A DNA stretch of 64,000 bases, taken from the NCBI GenBank assembly GCA_043809315.1, contig JAZDDX010000020.1, positions 32,001 to 96,000 of the forward strand, written 5' to 3'. Each line of letters begins with the position of its first letter. Position 1 is the first letter of the stretch. The notes below the pieces were generated by a model that worked only from the letters and a program-made list of their open reading frames with translations, made no database searches and was not told the DNA's origin. Origin of the DNA: Pseudomonadota bacterium. Lineage in GTDB: Bacteria; Bdellovibrionota_G; JALEGL01; DATDPG01. Both the position numbers and the translations under genes were made by a program. Of this stretch, positions 1 to 8,591 are shown piece by piece.

Positions 1-525
1 GACCGTCTCGTAATAGTCGACGTCGTCCGACTTCCGCCAGACCGCCAGATCTTCTAGGAACAGCTGCTCCGCCGGACTCTTGGCCCCGAAGAAGAGCTTG
101 AACTCCTTGAACTGACTTCGCCGGTCCAAGACGTACTGGATCAGGCTCCGGGTCGGACACAACCCGATCCCCCCCGCGACGATCAGGATGGGGTGATGAT
201 GAAGTTTCGCGGTGTTGAACCCCCTCCCGAGCGGCCCCCGGACCGTCAGTCGATCCTGCTTCCCTTTGGAGTTGATCGCTTTCGAGACGCGGCCGACCGA
301 TCGTACCACGGCGTCGAACGTGTTCTTGCGCGTCGGCGAGGAAGCGAATCCGATCGGGATTTCGCCGTAGCCGTACACCCCGAGCTCCATGATCTGTCCC
401 GGCACGAACTTCATCCCCTTGCCATCCGCCATCTGGAGCGTGAAATGCTTTTCCGTCGGCGTGATCTGTTCCGCCCGGACGATTTCCGCTTCGCGCGGCA
501 GGAAGACGTTCTCGTGTTCGGTCAT
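1..525 (-). CDS. FAD/NAD(P)-binding subunit of a sulfhydrogenase-type NiFe hydrogenase (gamma, HydG/AsrB-like); runs off the window
   Basis: Not in the ORF track. Manual translation from ATG at 525 gives MTEHENVFLPREAEI...FVPGQIMELGVYGYGEIPIGFASSP...VRGPLGRGF...IVAGGIGLCPTRSLI (FNR-type motifs). ATGA overlap with the beta-subunit stop. Confidence 0.88.
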   Translation of the reverse strand, partial: MTEHENVFLPREAEIVRAEQITPTEKHFTLQMADGKGMKFVPGQIMELGVYGYGEIPIGFASSPTRKNTFDAVVRSVGRVSKAINSKGKQDRLTVRGPLGRGFNTAKLHHHPILIVAGGIGLCPTRSLIQYVLDRRSQFKEFKLFFGAKSPAEQLFLEDLAVWRKSDDVDYYETV

Positions 526-1556
526 TTCGAAACCTCCAGAAACCGTTCGATGATCTTCACGGGATCGGCGATATCGGGGACACACCCCGCCGAGCAGCGT
601 CCACATCCGACGCAGGCAGGTCCTCCGAGGGTCGTATTGAGATACGTCGACTTCCGCATCATCCGATGCCGGTACCGTTCGAAGATGTCGTGGCGGAAGT
701 TCTCCGAACTGCCGCCGCCGAGGGATACCTTCGCGAAATCGTGAAGCTGGCAGCCATCCCAGGTGCGGTACCGGTAGCCGCTCACTTGATCGAGATTCCA
801 GGTGTCTTCGACGTTGAAGCAATAGCAGGTCGGACAGACGATGTTGCAGGTCCCGCACGAAAAGCAGGTCTTCGAAAGATCGTTCCAGACCTCTTCCTTT
901 CCGAACGCCCCCCGCATCTTCTGGGCGATCGTCTCCGAATCCCATTTCAACTTTTCCGGGCACTTTTCCAGGACCGCGGCGTTGACCGCTGCGGCGTCCT
1001 TCCCCTGCCCTGCATCGGCCGGGGAAAACTTCCCGAAACGGACGATCTCTTCCCCCTTCTTCGTGAAGGTCTCAAAATGATATCCGCCATGGATTTTCGT
1101 GAGAAACGCGTCGTGCCCTTTCGGCTTCACGTTCTTCCCCACGCTCGCGAAGAAAGCGCGCTTCGACACCTTCTGGACGTTCGACGCGATGACCGTCGTC
1201 CCCTTCCGGTTCGCCAGGTAGTTGTGGTCCGGGTGATTCTGCTCGAAGAGGTGATCGAGTTGGTCGATCCCTTTGACGTCGTAAAAATGGACCCCGAGAA
1301 GGACCTGTTCCTTCGGAGCGATACAACTCCGTCCTCCCTTGTCGGTGAACTCCACCAGCTTCTGTTTCACCGGAAAGAACGCTTTTTTGGGTGGAAGAAT
1401 CGTGACGTCGTAGTCGAGACGGAGATCCGCCGGCGTCTCGAGAACGTCGAACACGAACTGCTGCTTCTTCCGGACCGGCCCGATCACCCTCCGGTCGGCC
1501 ATCAGGTGGGAGACAAACGTCTGAAAATCCGTTTCCTTAATAAAGAATTCGCTCAT
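522..1556 (-). CDS. 4Fe-4S dicluster subunit of a sulfhydrogenase-type hydrogenase (beta, HydB/AsrA-like)
   Basis: Motifs CFSCGTCNIVCPTCYC, RxWDGC and CVGCGRCSAGC; adjacent to hypAB. Start at 1556 (MSEFFIK) preferred over 1586. Confidence 0.88.
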   Translation of the reverse strand: MSEFFIKETDFQTFVSHLMADRRVIGPVRKKQQFVFDVLETPADLRLDYDVTILPPKKAFFPVKQKLVEFTDKGGRSCIAPKEQVLLGVHFYDVKGIDQLDHLFEQNHPDHNYLANRKGTTVIASNVQKVSKRAFFASVGKNVKPKGHDAFLTKIHGGYHFETFTKKGEEIVRFGKFSPADAGQGKDAAAVNAAVLEKCPEKLKWDSETIAQKMRGAFGKEEVWNDLSKTCFSCGTCNIVCPTCYCFNVEDTWNLDQVSGYRYRTWDGCQLHDFAKVSLGGGSSENFRHDIFERYRHRMMRKSTYLNTTLGGPACVGCGRCSAGCVPDIADPVKIIERFLEVSK

Positions 1557-1643
1557 CGGACCCCATTGAAAGCTACCCTCCTCCAATGAATATGACGCAG
1601 GTCATATTCCCCAACGACGCGAAGAGGTTTATCCTCCGCCACC

Positions 1644-1994
1644 GTGCACGAGATGGTAATCGCGCAGAATGTCGTCAAGATCGTCGAGGACGAGGTCGGG
1701 TCGAGGAAGCTCCGCGGCAAGGTGGAGAGGGTGTTGTTCCGGGCCGGGAAAATGAATGCGGTGATCCCCGAGATCCTCCGGTTCAACTTCGACGTCCTGA
1801 AGAAAGATCATCCGATCCTCTCCGAGGCGAATCTCGAGATCTCGGAGATCCCGATCCAGGTCCGGTGCGATGCATGCGGGAAAAAAGGGATTCTGGATGA
1901 ACCGTTCTTCCTTTGCCTCGAGTGCGGCTCCCCCGTGACCGTGGAAACGGGGCAGGAGATGTTCGTCGAACGGATCACGTTCAAGGAGGAGTGA
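1644..1994 (+). CDS. hypA: Hydrogenase nickel metallochaperone HypA
   Basis: N-terminal MHE and two CxxC motifs (CDAC, CLEC); directly upstream of hypB. Confidence 0.95.
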   Translation: MHEMVIAQNVVKIVEDEVGSRKLRGKVERVLFRAGKMNAVIPEILRFNFDVLKKDHPILSEANLEISEIPIQVRCDACGKKGILDEPFFLCLECGSPVTVETGQEMFVERITFKEE

Positions 1995-1995
1995 G

Positions 1996-2661
1996 ATGGA
2001 GATTCAGATCGTACGGAACGTTCTGGCGGAAAACGAGAACCTCGCGGCCGAGGTCCGAAAAGGGTTGCGGCAGAGGAATCAAACAATGCTCAACTTCATG
2101 AGCGCCCCTGGCGCGGGAAAGACGTTACTGCTGGAGAAACTGATCCCGGCGATCCAGAAGAAAGGGCTCACGGTCGGCGTCATCGAAGGGGACATCACGA
2201 CGCTTCGGGACGCGGAACGGATCCAGCCTCTCGGGGTTCCGGTCGCGCAGATCAACACCGAGTTCTGGGGAGGGGACTGCCATCTCGCCGCGAACGTGAT
2301 CCTGGGGGCGCTGGAGATCCTGAACCGTCAGAAGCTCGACATTATCTTGATCGAGAACGTCGGGAACCTCGTCTGCCCCGCTGAATTCGACACCGGCGCC
2401 GATGTGAACGTCGTGGTTTCGAGCGTGACCGAAGGGGAGGACAAGCCTCTCAAGTACCCGCTCATGTTCCGTAAATCGCACGTGGCGTTGATCAACAAGA
2501 TCGATCTGGCCAAGGCAGTCGAAGCCGACATCCCCCTGCTCGAAAAGAACATGAAGCAGGTGAATCCGACACTTCAGATACTCAAAACGTCGGGAAAGAC
2601 CGGCGAAGGGATCGACGCGCTGGCTGAGCTAATCGGGTCCAGGCGTGTGTCCCCGAATTAG
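1996..2661 (+). CDS. hypB: Hydrogenase nickel incorporation GTPase HypB (short form, no His-rich region)
   Basis: SAPGAGKT, CHL, ENVGNLVCP, EGEDKPLKYP and NKID motifs; GGAG upstream. Confidence 0.96.
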   Translation: MEIQIVRNVLAENENLAAEVRKGLRQRNQTMLNFMSAPGAGKTLLLEKLIPAIQKKGLTVGVIEGDITTLRDAERIQPLGVPVAQINTEFWGGDCHLAANVILGALEILNRQKLDIILIENVGNLVCPAEFDTGADVNVVVSSVTEGEDKPLKYPLMFRKSHVALINKIDLAKAVEADIPLLEKNMKQVNPTLQILKTSGKTGEGIDALAELIGSRRVSPN

Positions 2662-2954
2662 CAGCAGGCCTTGCCTTCTTCCTTGCCGCAGCAGCACTTC
2701 TTCACGACGCAATTGTAGAGCAACGCGAAAAGCGCTCCGCAGATCGCGCCGTCGGCCAGCGAGTATAGGACGCCGATGATCAGGTTCTTGAGTCCGTACG
2801 CCGCGATGAAGCCGGGATAGATCGACTGCAACGTCTTGAGGTACCACAAGCCGTAATCCGGGTGAAAACGGTTTACGAGGCCGACGATCAACGTCGCCCC
2901 TCCCCAGAGAATCGCCGCCGCCATCGCCATTCCGCAAACGCAGAGTTTGTTCAT
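2658..2954 (-). CDS. Small two-TM membrane protein with a Cys-rich tail (resembles a family often labelled holin-like)
   Basis: Two hydrophobic segments, IYPG...G...DG...G..FA.LYN pattern, tail CVVKKCCCGKEEGKACC; ATGA-coupled to the upstream oxidoreductase gene. Confidence 0.75.
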   Translation of the reverse strand: MNKLCVCGMAMAAAILWGGATLIVGLVNRFHPDYGLWYLKTLQSIYPGFIAAYGLKNLIIGVLYSLADGAICGALFALLYNCVVKKCCCGKEEGKACC

Positions 2955-4285
2955 TTGAGGTTCTCCTTTCCGAACACTTTCTCAAACACCCCTTCGGCGT
3001 CCTTCCGTGCCCCCTCCGGGAGCCTCGTGAACGCCGCGGTCCACGCTTCCTTCGACCACCACCCCTTCCGGCCGATCTCTTCGATCAACGCGCCGAGAGC
3101 CGCATTCTTCGGACCGAACCGTTTCCGGAACTCCTTCCTCGTTTCCGAAGCCGCCGTCAATGGCGGAAGAGAGGAGTCGACGACGAGTTCCTGAAAAGAG
3201 TTGCCGTCCTGGAAGAGACCGCGCGACCCCAGTTCCTTCAACCCTTCGGGAGCCACCGCCAAGACGAGATCGGGGTTTCGCGTCCCGAGATAGGCGATCG
3301 GCTCGGGAGCGATCGTGATCTCGGAGATGGAAAAACCGGTCCCCTGAGTCACCGGATTGTCCGCCCGGAGCGTTACGTAGAGCCCTGCCGCTGCGGCGGC
3401 CCATCCGACGATCGTTGCGGCGGTTTGCACATGCTCCCCCGCCTTCCCGGCGATGACGACCTGTGCCCGGCTCCCGAGATTCCCCCACGTCGGGTTCGGC
3501 GACATCCCTTTCTCCGGATTCACCCGGTACGGCTTCGTTTCCGGAGCCCTCCGATAGACGTCGAAAAAAACCGGGCGTGAGCGGTCGTTCTTCACGACGC
3601 CGTACGATTTCCCGGTCCGTTCCGGGAGACTCTTCAGATCGGCAACCGTCACCCCACCCCGTTTCGTCGCGAAAACCGGGCAGAGTTCGTGGATTTCGAC
3701 GCAGGCAAACCCCGGGTGGTTGATCGCTTCCACGATGAACCCCGAAACGTCGTTCCCGGGGACCATCGTCCGGGCGTAGTACCCGACGCCGGCGCCGATC
3801 ATGATTGCGCCGAGATCGAGAGGGGGGATTGGGCTCCCCTCCGGCGTCGTCGTGGTTTTGAGCCCCTCCGGCGTCAGGACGGAGTGCTGCCCGCCGGTCA
3901 TTCCGTAGACAAGATTGTTGTGGATCAGAACCGTCACGTCTGCGTTCATCTGAGCGGCGGCAACGAAATGGAGAAGCCCGATCCCAGCCCCGCCGTCCCC
4001 GACCAGAACGATCGTCTTGAGCGGCTTCTTCTTCGGAACCACCCGATCCCCAAGATACAGGCCCGCGGCGACGGCGACCGATCGACCGTGCAACGTGTGA
4101 ACGGTGTGCATCGTCGGGAAGAGCGCGTCGGCCAGACCGACGCACCCGATGTCGGTGACCAGCGAAACTTCGGTCGGATCGAGGGAGAGGGTTCGGAGCG
4201 CTTCATCGAGCGCGCGGAGAACGTGCGGGTGACCGCATCCGGGACAGTGAGGGAAGGCTTTCGTCGGATCGAGATACTCGGTCAA
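2951..4285 (-). CDS. 2-oxoacid:ferredoxin oxidoreductase beta subunit fused to a gamma-like domain
   Basis: CPGCG, IGC, HGR and GDGG..NN..YGMTGGQ (TPP-binding) motifs; C-terminal VVIAGKAGEHVQTAA...GFSISEITI resembles the gamma domain. Confidence 0.88.
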   Translation of the reverse strand: MTEYLDPTKAFPHCPGCGHPHVLRALDEALRTLSLDPTEVSLVTDIGCVGLADALFPTMHTVHTLHGRSVAVAAGLYLGDRVVPKKKPLKTIVLVGDGGAGIGLLHFVAAAQMNADVTVLIHNNLVYGMTGGQHSVLTPEGLKTTTTPEGSPIPPLDLGAIMIGAGVGYYARTMVPGNDVSGFIVEAINHPGFACVEIHELCPVFATKRGGVTVADLKSLPERTGKSYGVVKNDRSRPVFFDVYRRAPETKPYRVNPEKGMSPNPTWGNLGSRAQVVIAGKAGEHVQTAATIVGWAAAAAGLYVTLRADNPVTQGTGFSISEITIAPEPIAYLGTRNPDLVLAVAPEGLKELGSRGLFQDGNSFQELVVDSSLPPLTAASETRKEFRKRFGPKNAALGALIEEIGRKGWWSKEAWTAAFTRLPEGARKDAEGVFEKVFGKENLK

Positions 4286-5400
4286 GCAAGGACCGCCTTC
4301 CGGATCTCTTCCGGCGAGATCATCTCCCCGATCGTGTTCACACGGACCACATCGACCTTCCTAAGGAACGGTTCCAGCGCCTGGGCATACATCCCCTTGA
4401 GATTTTCCTCGACCACGACCACACGACGCACGCCGCTCAACGCAGATGCGAGGGCATTCACGGGAACCGGGAAGAGGGAGAGAACCTCCATCGAGTTGAG
4501 AGGTTTCCCTTCCCGACGCAGATCACGCACCACCTGCCGGCAGGTTCGCGCCGAAACGCCGAAACTCACGAGAAGTGTTTTCGCCCCCTCCCGTTTCTCC
4601 AACCGGACTCGCTCCAGCGACGGCACCGCCCCGACGATCTTCTGTTCGAGGTGTCTCAGTTGCCGGATCGTCTCGGGATCGTTCTTCCGAAGCTCGCCGG
4701 CTTGGTTGTGCGCCGATCCTGTGATGGTGGCCTTGAACTCCCCGCCGACCGGGGAAAAGAGCGGGACATCCTCCAACTTTCCGATTCCATACGGCAGGTA
4801 CTTCCCCTCTCCCGTGAACGATTTCCGGGGTGTGACCTCGATCGCCGGAAGAGCGTCGACGTCGATCGTTTCGACCGACATCCCGATCTCTTTGTCGGAG
4901 AGAACGACGACCGGAGTCCGGAGCTGCTCCGAAAGACGAAACGCCTCGGCCGTCAGTTCGTAACAATCCACCGCATCGACCGGCGCCAGAACCGGCACCG
5001 TGTATCCGCCCGACGTCGCGTGTTCGACGAGGAAGAGATCCCCCTGCCCTCCCTGCGTCGCCCCGCCCGTGGCCGGACCCAGCCGTTGCACCAATACGAC
5101 GACGAGGGGCGTTTCGGTCATGAGGGCGAACTGGAACGTCTCGATCATGAGGCACCAGCCGGGCCCCGACGTCGCCGTCATCGCCCGAGCTCCCGCCATC
5201 GACGCCCCCGCGACGTAATTGAGCGCGGTGATCTCGTCCGGCGTTCCAACCGCCACCCCTCCGTGTGCCGGAAGGAGCTTCATCATCTCCGAATAGATCT
5301 CCGAGGAGGGGGTGATCGGGTATCCCGCGAAGAAGCGACAGCCGGCGGCCATCGCACCCCAGGCGGCCATCCGGTTTCCCGAACAAAGCTCGAACTTCAC
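4282..5400 (-). CDS. 2-oxoacid:ferredoxin oxidoreductase alpha subunit
   Basis: FFAGYPITPSSEI, TATSGPG and QRLGPATG motifs. Confidence 0.93.
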   Translation of the reverse strand: MKFELCSGNRMAAWGAMAAGCRFFAGYPITPSSEIYSEMMKLLPAHGGVAVGTPDEITALNYVAGASMAGARAMTATSGPGWCLMIETFQFALMTETPLVVVLVQRLGPATGGATQGGQGDLFLVEHATSGGYTVPVLAPVDAVDCYELTAEAFRLSEQLRTPVVVLSDKEIGMSVETIDVDALPAIEVTPRKSFTGEGKYLPYGIGKLEDVPLFSPVGGEFKATITGSAHNQAGELRKNDPETIRQLRHLEQKIVGAVPSLERVRLEKREGAKTLLVSFGVSARTCRQVVRDLRREGKPLNSMEVLSLFPVPVNALASALSGVRRVVVVEENLKGMYAQALEPFLRKVDVVRVNTIGEMISPEEIRKAVLA

Positions 5401-5430
5401 GCAGCTAAACTACGCCGGTCGGAACGATTC

Positions 5431-5631
5431 TCAAAATTTCGGATCCGGAAGCGGAATCTCAACCGGATGCAGTCCGTCTGGAATCAGGGCTCTTCCCGCT
5501 CGGTCGATGGAGCGGAGGTCCTTGATCCGGCGTACACTCCGGAGCAAGGCTCCCGCTTCATTTCCCGGAGAGAACGGGTTTTCACGAAATCGTTCCATCA
5601 TCTCGAGATCGAAGTCGTACATGGCTTTCAT
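5431..5631 (-). CDS. Possible small hypothetical protein (66 aa)
   Basis: ATGA overlap with the nuclease stop and fills the gap; no recognisable motif. Confidence 0.35.
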   Translation of the reverse strand: MKAMYDFDLEMMERFRENPFSPGNEAGALLRSVRRIKDLRSIDRAGRALIPDGLHPVEIPLPDPKF

Positions 5632-6332
5632 AAGACCCCGCAGTTCATCCGCTGCGAATCAAAGGGGAGTCCGGCCCGGCAGAATTGGTACTCCAGGAGT
5701 CGTCCGGTGACGCATTCGTTTTCACTGAACTCTTCGAAGGAGACCCCGGACCCGACATTCACCGAACAATGCGAGGAGGTTCCACCGGAGGGACATCCCT
5801 GCGTGTCGATTTCGCATTTGGTCCGCTCCCACTCCTCTTGTCGTTCCGGATTACGGAAGATCCACGGCGGCTCCGGATCGGAGTCCTGCCAGATCCCGAT
5901 CCCGGCCTTCCTTGCCTCCGCTTCGTACCGCGCTGCCAGCGTCAGCGTCGGATAGTGCTCGGTGTACCACCAAGCCCATCCGTTCCGGATCATCTCTGCG
6001 TTGATGTTGGTGCCGTCCCGCAGGTAGATGATGCCGACCGTTCTCCCGTATTTATCGGTCGTCTCGATCTCGACGGTCACCCATTGTCGATCGATGAGGC
6101 CGATCAGGAACTGCTTCGCTTCCTCGCCGCCCGCCTGCCCCCCTTTTCCCGGATGATCGATCTCCGGGGCGTCGATTCCGCCGAAACGGACTTTGACCTG
6201 CTTTCCCGCGTTGGAAACCGCAATCGTATCCCCGTCGGAGATGCGCAAGACCGGGCCGGAAAAACTGACGGCGAACGCCGAAGACCAATGGAGCGTGCAG
6301 ACGCAGAGCGCCCCCCGAACGACTCGTTTCAT
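5628..6332 (-). CDS. Secreted thermonuclease (SNase) family protein with a Cys-rich C-terminal extension
   Basis: Signal peptide; ISDGDTI, VRFGGIDAPE, DKYGR, NAEMIRNGWAW and EAEARKAGIGIW motifs; GGAGG RBS. Confidence 0.92.
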   Translation of the reverse strand: MKRVVRGALCVCTLHWSSAFAVSFSGPVLRISDGDTIAVSNAGKQVKVRFGGIDAPEIDHPGKGGQAGGEEAKQFLIGLIDRQWVTVEIETTDKYGRTVGIIYLRDGTNINAEMIRNGWAWWYTEHYPTLTLAARYEAEARKAGIGIWQDSDPEPPWIFRNPERQEEWERTKCEIDTQGCPSGGTSSHCSVNVGSGVSFEEFSENECVTGRLLEYQFCRAGLPFDSQRMNCGVL

Positions 6333-6441
6333 GCCTCCCCCTCCTCCGAAGAAACTTGAACTGCCCCCCTCATATCAAGGAGGGGGTTCCTCCGAAAGGG
6401 GCACGTAGGGGGCGGCTACGAATCCGGAAAACGGTGCGGCG

Positions 6442-6780
6442 TCAGCTTCCCACGGGGCGTTTCCCCTTGATCATGACGAGAAGCATCTTGAAGGCGGTCT
6501 CCGCCTGAACCGCGTGGGGCACGTTCGCCGGCATGATGATCATCTGCCCGGCACTCAGGTGGTTTTCCACCCCCCCCACCATGATCATAGCGCGACCTTC
6601 CACTACCGCAACGAAGGCATCGTAGGGAGCGGAATGCGGGCTCAACACCTCTCCTTCCGCGAAGGCAAAGAAGGTGATGTTCCCCGCCTCCGATTGGATC
6701 ACCGACCGACTGACGATCGCTCCTTCCGAATAGTCGGACAATCCGGCGAGCGCGAGAGGGGTTGAATCGGGGACTTTCAT
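6442..6780 (-). CDS. Cupin domain protein
   Basis: GNITFFAFAEGEVLSPHSAPYDA..VVEG and MPANVPHAV motifs; start reassigned to ATG 6780. Confidence 0.9.
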   Translation of the reverse strand: MKVPDSTPLALAGLSDYSEGAIVSRSVIQSEAGNITFFAFAEGEVLSPHSAPYDAFVAVVEGRAMIMVGGVENHLSAGQMIIMPANVPHAVQAETAFKMLLVMIKGKRPVGS

Positions 6781-6842
6781 GGGAGTCTTTCCGCCGAAGC
6801 TTTCACTCGGACGAGGCGATGATTCTTCGGCTACGTCAGAAC

Positions 6843-7034
6843 TTACTTCGAAACTTTCTTTTCGATCGAATGCAGAAGCATGACGATCGTGATCAAAAAC
6901 CACGTATCAGCCGACTGCAAGAGCTTTGCCGGCGTGACGCCCCAGAAGTGCCATTCCAACGGAACCGAGATGGCCGCCAGGATCATGCAAAGAACGCCGA
7001 TGTAGAACGCGAGACGAGAACCGGTGAATTCCAT
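6843..7034 (-). CDS. Small two-TM membrane protein
   Basis: Two hydrophobic helices, basic tail, GGAGG upstream of ATG 7034. Confidence 0.7.
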   Translation of the reverse strand: MEFTGSRLAFYIGVLCMILAAISVPLEWHFWGVTPAKLLQSADTWFLITIVMLLHSIEKKVSK

Positions 7035-7129
7035 TTTCAAAACCCTCCAGACGAATGTAGATGCCCGTGGTACCGCTCGGTTTATTGTACGGACTTTTGA
7101 GGAGAATCGACAAGTTGGACCGGTTGCGC

Positions 7130-7870
7130 TTACGGGTCCTCGGGGAACGGCATCGGATGATAGCTGCCGGCGTACGGCCCGGCCTTCTTGAAATCCCGGA
7201 CCACGTTGTACAGTGTCGTAGAATCCTCTTTCTTCATACGTTCCAGAACCTCAAGGAAGAGAGTGCGGATCCCCGGCCCCGGGTTCCGAAGCGACGCGGC
7301 CAGCGAAGGATCCCGCAGCAGCGCTTTCTGCTTTACATAGTCGACCATGCTCGAGGTGTTGAGATAGATGTGGACCGGTTGAAACACCAGCACCTTGAGC
7401 CCCGGATTGTCGAGGCGAAGAACCGACAGATCGAAGTTTCGCTCGTAGCCGATCAGGTGAACGTCGTCCGACCAATAGATCGGGATCCGGACCAGCCCCG
7501 TCCAGTCGTAGAACGGTTCGAGGCTGTGCTGGAGAAAGAGCAGATCGTTCGAAAGATATTCCAACCCGGAGCGGTGGAAGAGCTCCAGAAGGCCGTGGTG
7601 ATAGTAGAGCCAGTGAACCCGGATCCCCTTCGATCCGGGAAAGAGCTTCAAAACCTCTTTGAGTCGTGATGCTTCGTCACTGAGCTTCAGGAGATTCGGA
7701 AGAATCGCGATTTCGGTTCCCGTTCTGCTTGCGAGTTTTCGGATCATCGAACTCTTGTGCGTTGAAAAGACTGTGACGGGAATGGTGACGTCTGCGAGAA
7801 GTCGATCGAGATCCTCCAGAACGAAATCCGGTGCCCAGTCGATATCGAACGTCAGATGAAGACGGCCCAT
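7130..7870 (-). CDS. WbmS-like polysaccharide deacetylase-fold protein
   Basis: LTFDIDWAPDF, RxH, PIYWSDD and GLKVLVFxPxHIYLN motifs. Confidence 0.75.
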   Translation of the reverse strand: MGRLHLTFDIDWAPDFVLEDLDRLLADVTIPVTVFSTHKSSMIRKLASRTGTEIAILPNLLKLSDEASRLKEVLKLFPGSKGIRVHWLYYHHGLLELFHRSGLEYLSNDLLFLQHSLEPFYDWTGLVRIPIYWSDDVHLIGYERNFDLSVLRLDNPGLKVLVFQPVHIYLNTSSMVDYVKQKALLRDPSLAASLRNPGPGIRTLFLEVLERMKKEDSTTLYNVVRDFKKAGPYAGSYHPMPFPEDP

Positions 7871-7901
7871 AGGTCGGGAAGGATACCCCCCGGACCCGAA
7901 T

Positions 7902-8504
7902 CTAACCAGATTTGCGGCGGGCGATCAGGCGGTAGGAAAACCCGAAGCTCTGCGACTTCCGACTCAGATCGAATCCGGCTGCATCGAGAAACGGTAACGG
8001 ATTCGCGGCAAAATCGCAGGAGTGGCGCGCCCCCCACGCCCGAAAGAGACGGTTCAGCCAGGCCGGGGCCGAACGGTTGAGCGTGAAATCGACGATGCCG
8101 ATCCGCCCTGCCGGCGACAGGGAGGCAAGTACGTTCTCGAGTGCCTTTCGGCGATCCGGAATCGCGGAGAACGAGTATGAAAAGAGAACCGCATCGAACG
8201 GACCTCCCTCCGGAATCCCGGCCGAAGCATCCCCCTGGATCAGTCGGACGTTCGGCGGGAATCTGCCTCGGGCGGCTTCGGCCAGCATCCCCCGACTTAA
8301 CTCCAACCCGACCACCACCCCACCGACTCCCACGGCATCCGCCATGAACGGCAGGTTCCAGCCGGTCCCGCAGCCGATCTCAAGCGCTTTCTCCCCCTCT
8401 TTCAGGGCCAATTCGGAAAGGAGCTTCCCTCTCCCCCGGAGGAAAGGGCGCCGACTCCACTCGTAGTTCCGGGCCTCTGCGTCATAAAAATGAGCCGAGA
8501 CCAT
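7902..8504 (-). CDS. Class I SAM-dependent methyltransferase (BtaB/PmtA-like)
   Basis: LEIGCGTGWNL, FDAVLFSYSFSAIPD and IGIVDF motifs; start uncertain (8504 chosen). Confidence 0.85.
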   Translation of the reverse strand: MVSAHFYDAEARNYEWSRRPFLRGRGKLLSELALKEGEKALEIGCGTGWNLPFMADAVGVGGVVVGLELSRGMLAEAARGRFPPNVRLIQGDASAGIPEGGPFDAVLFSYSFSAIPDRRKALENVLASLSPAGRIGIVDFTLNRSAPAWLNRLFRAWGARHSCDFAANPLPFLDAAGFDLSRKSQSFGFSYRLIARRKSG

Positions 8505-8591
8505 TTTCTTCCAACGATTTCGAATAGCTGGACCTCTTTTTTCCGCTGTGTATATTTCCCCTAATTCTAATCCCCGCACAAGGAGATGCTC

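Noticed and set aside
2658-2954. Prophage lysis gene interpretation of the holin-like protein
   Set aside because: No endolysin, structural or integrase genes nearby; it is coupled to a metabolic operon.
3689-5955. 424-aa and 434-aa plus-strand ORFs
   Set aside because: Antisense to the OFOR genes; Arg/Ser-rich with no domain signal.
6365-6386. CCCCCTC-N8-GAGGGGG hairpin upstream of the nuclease gene
   Set aside because: Single short copy with no U-tract or riboswitch core; cannot be called a terminator or REP.
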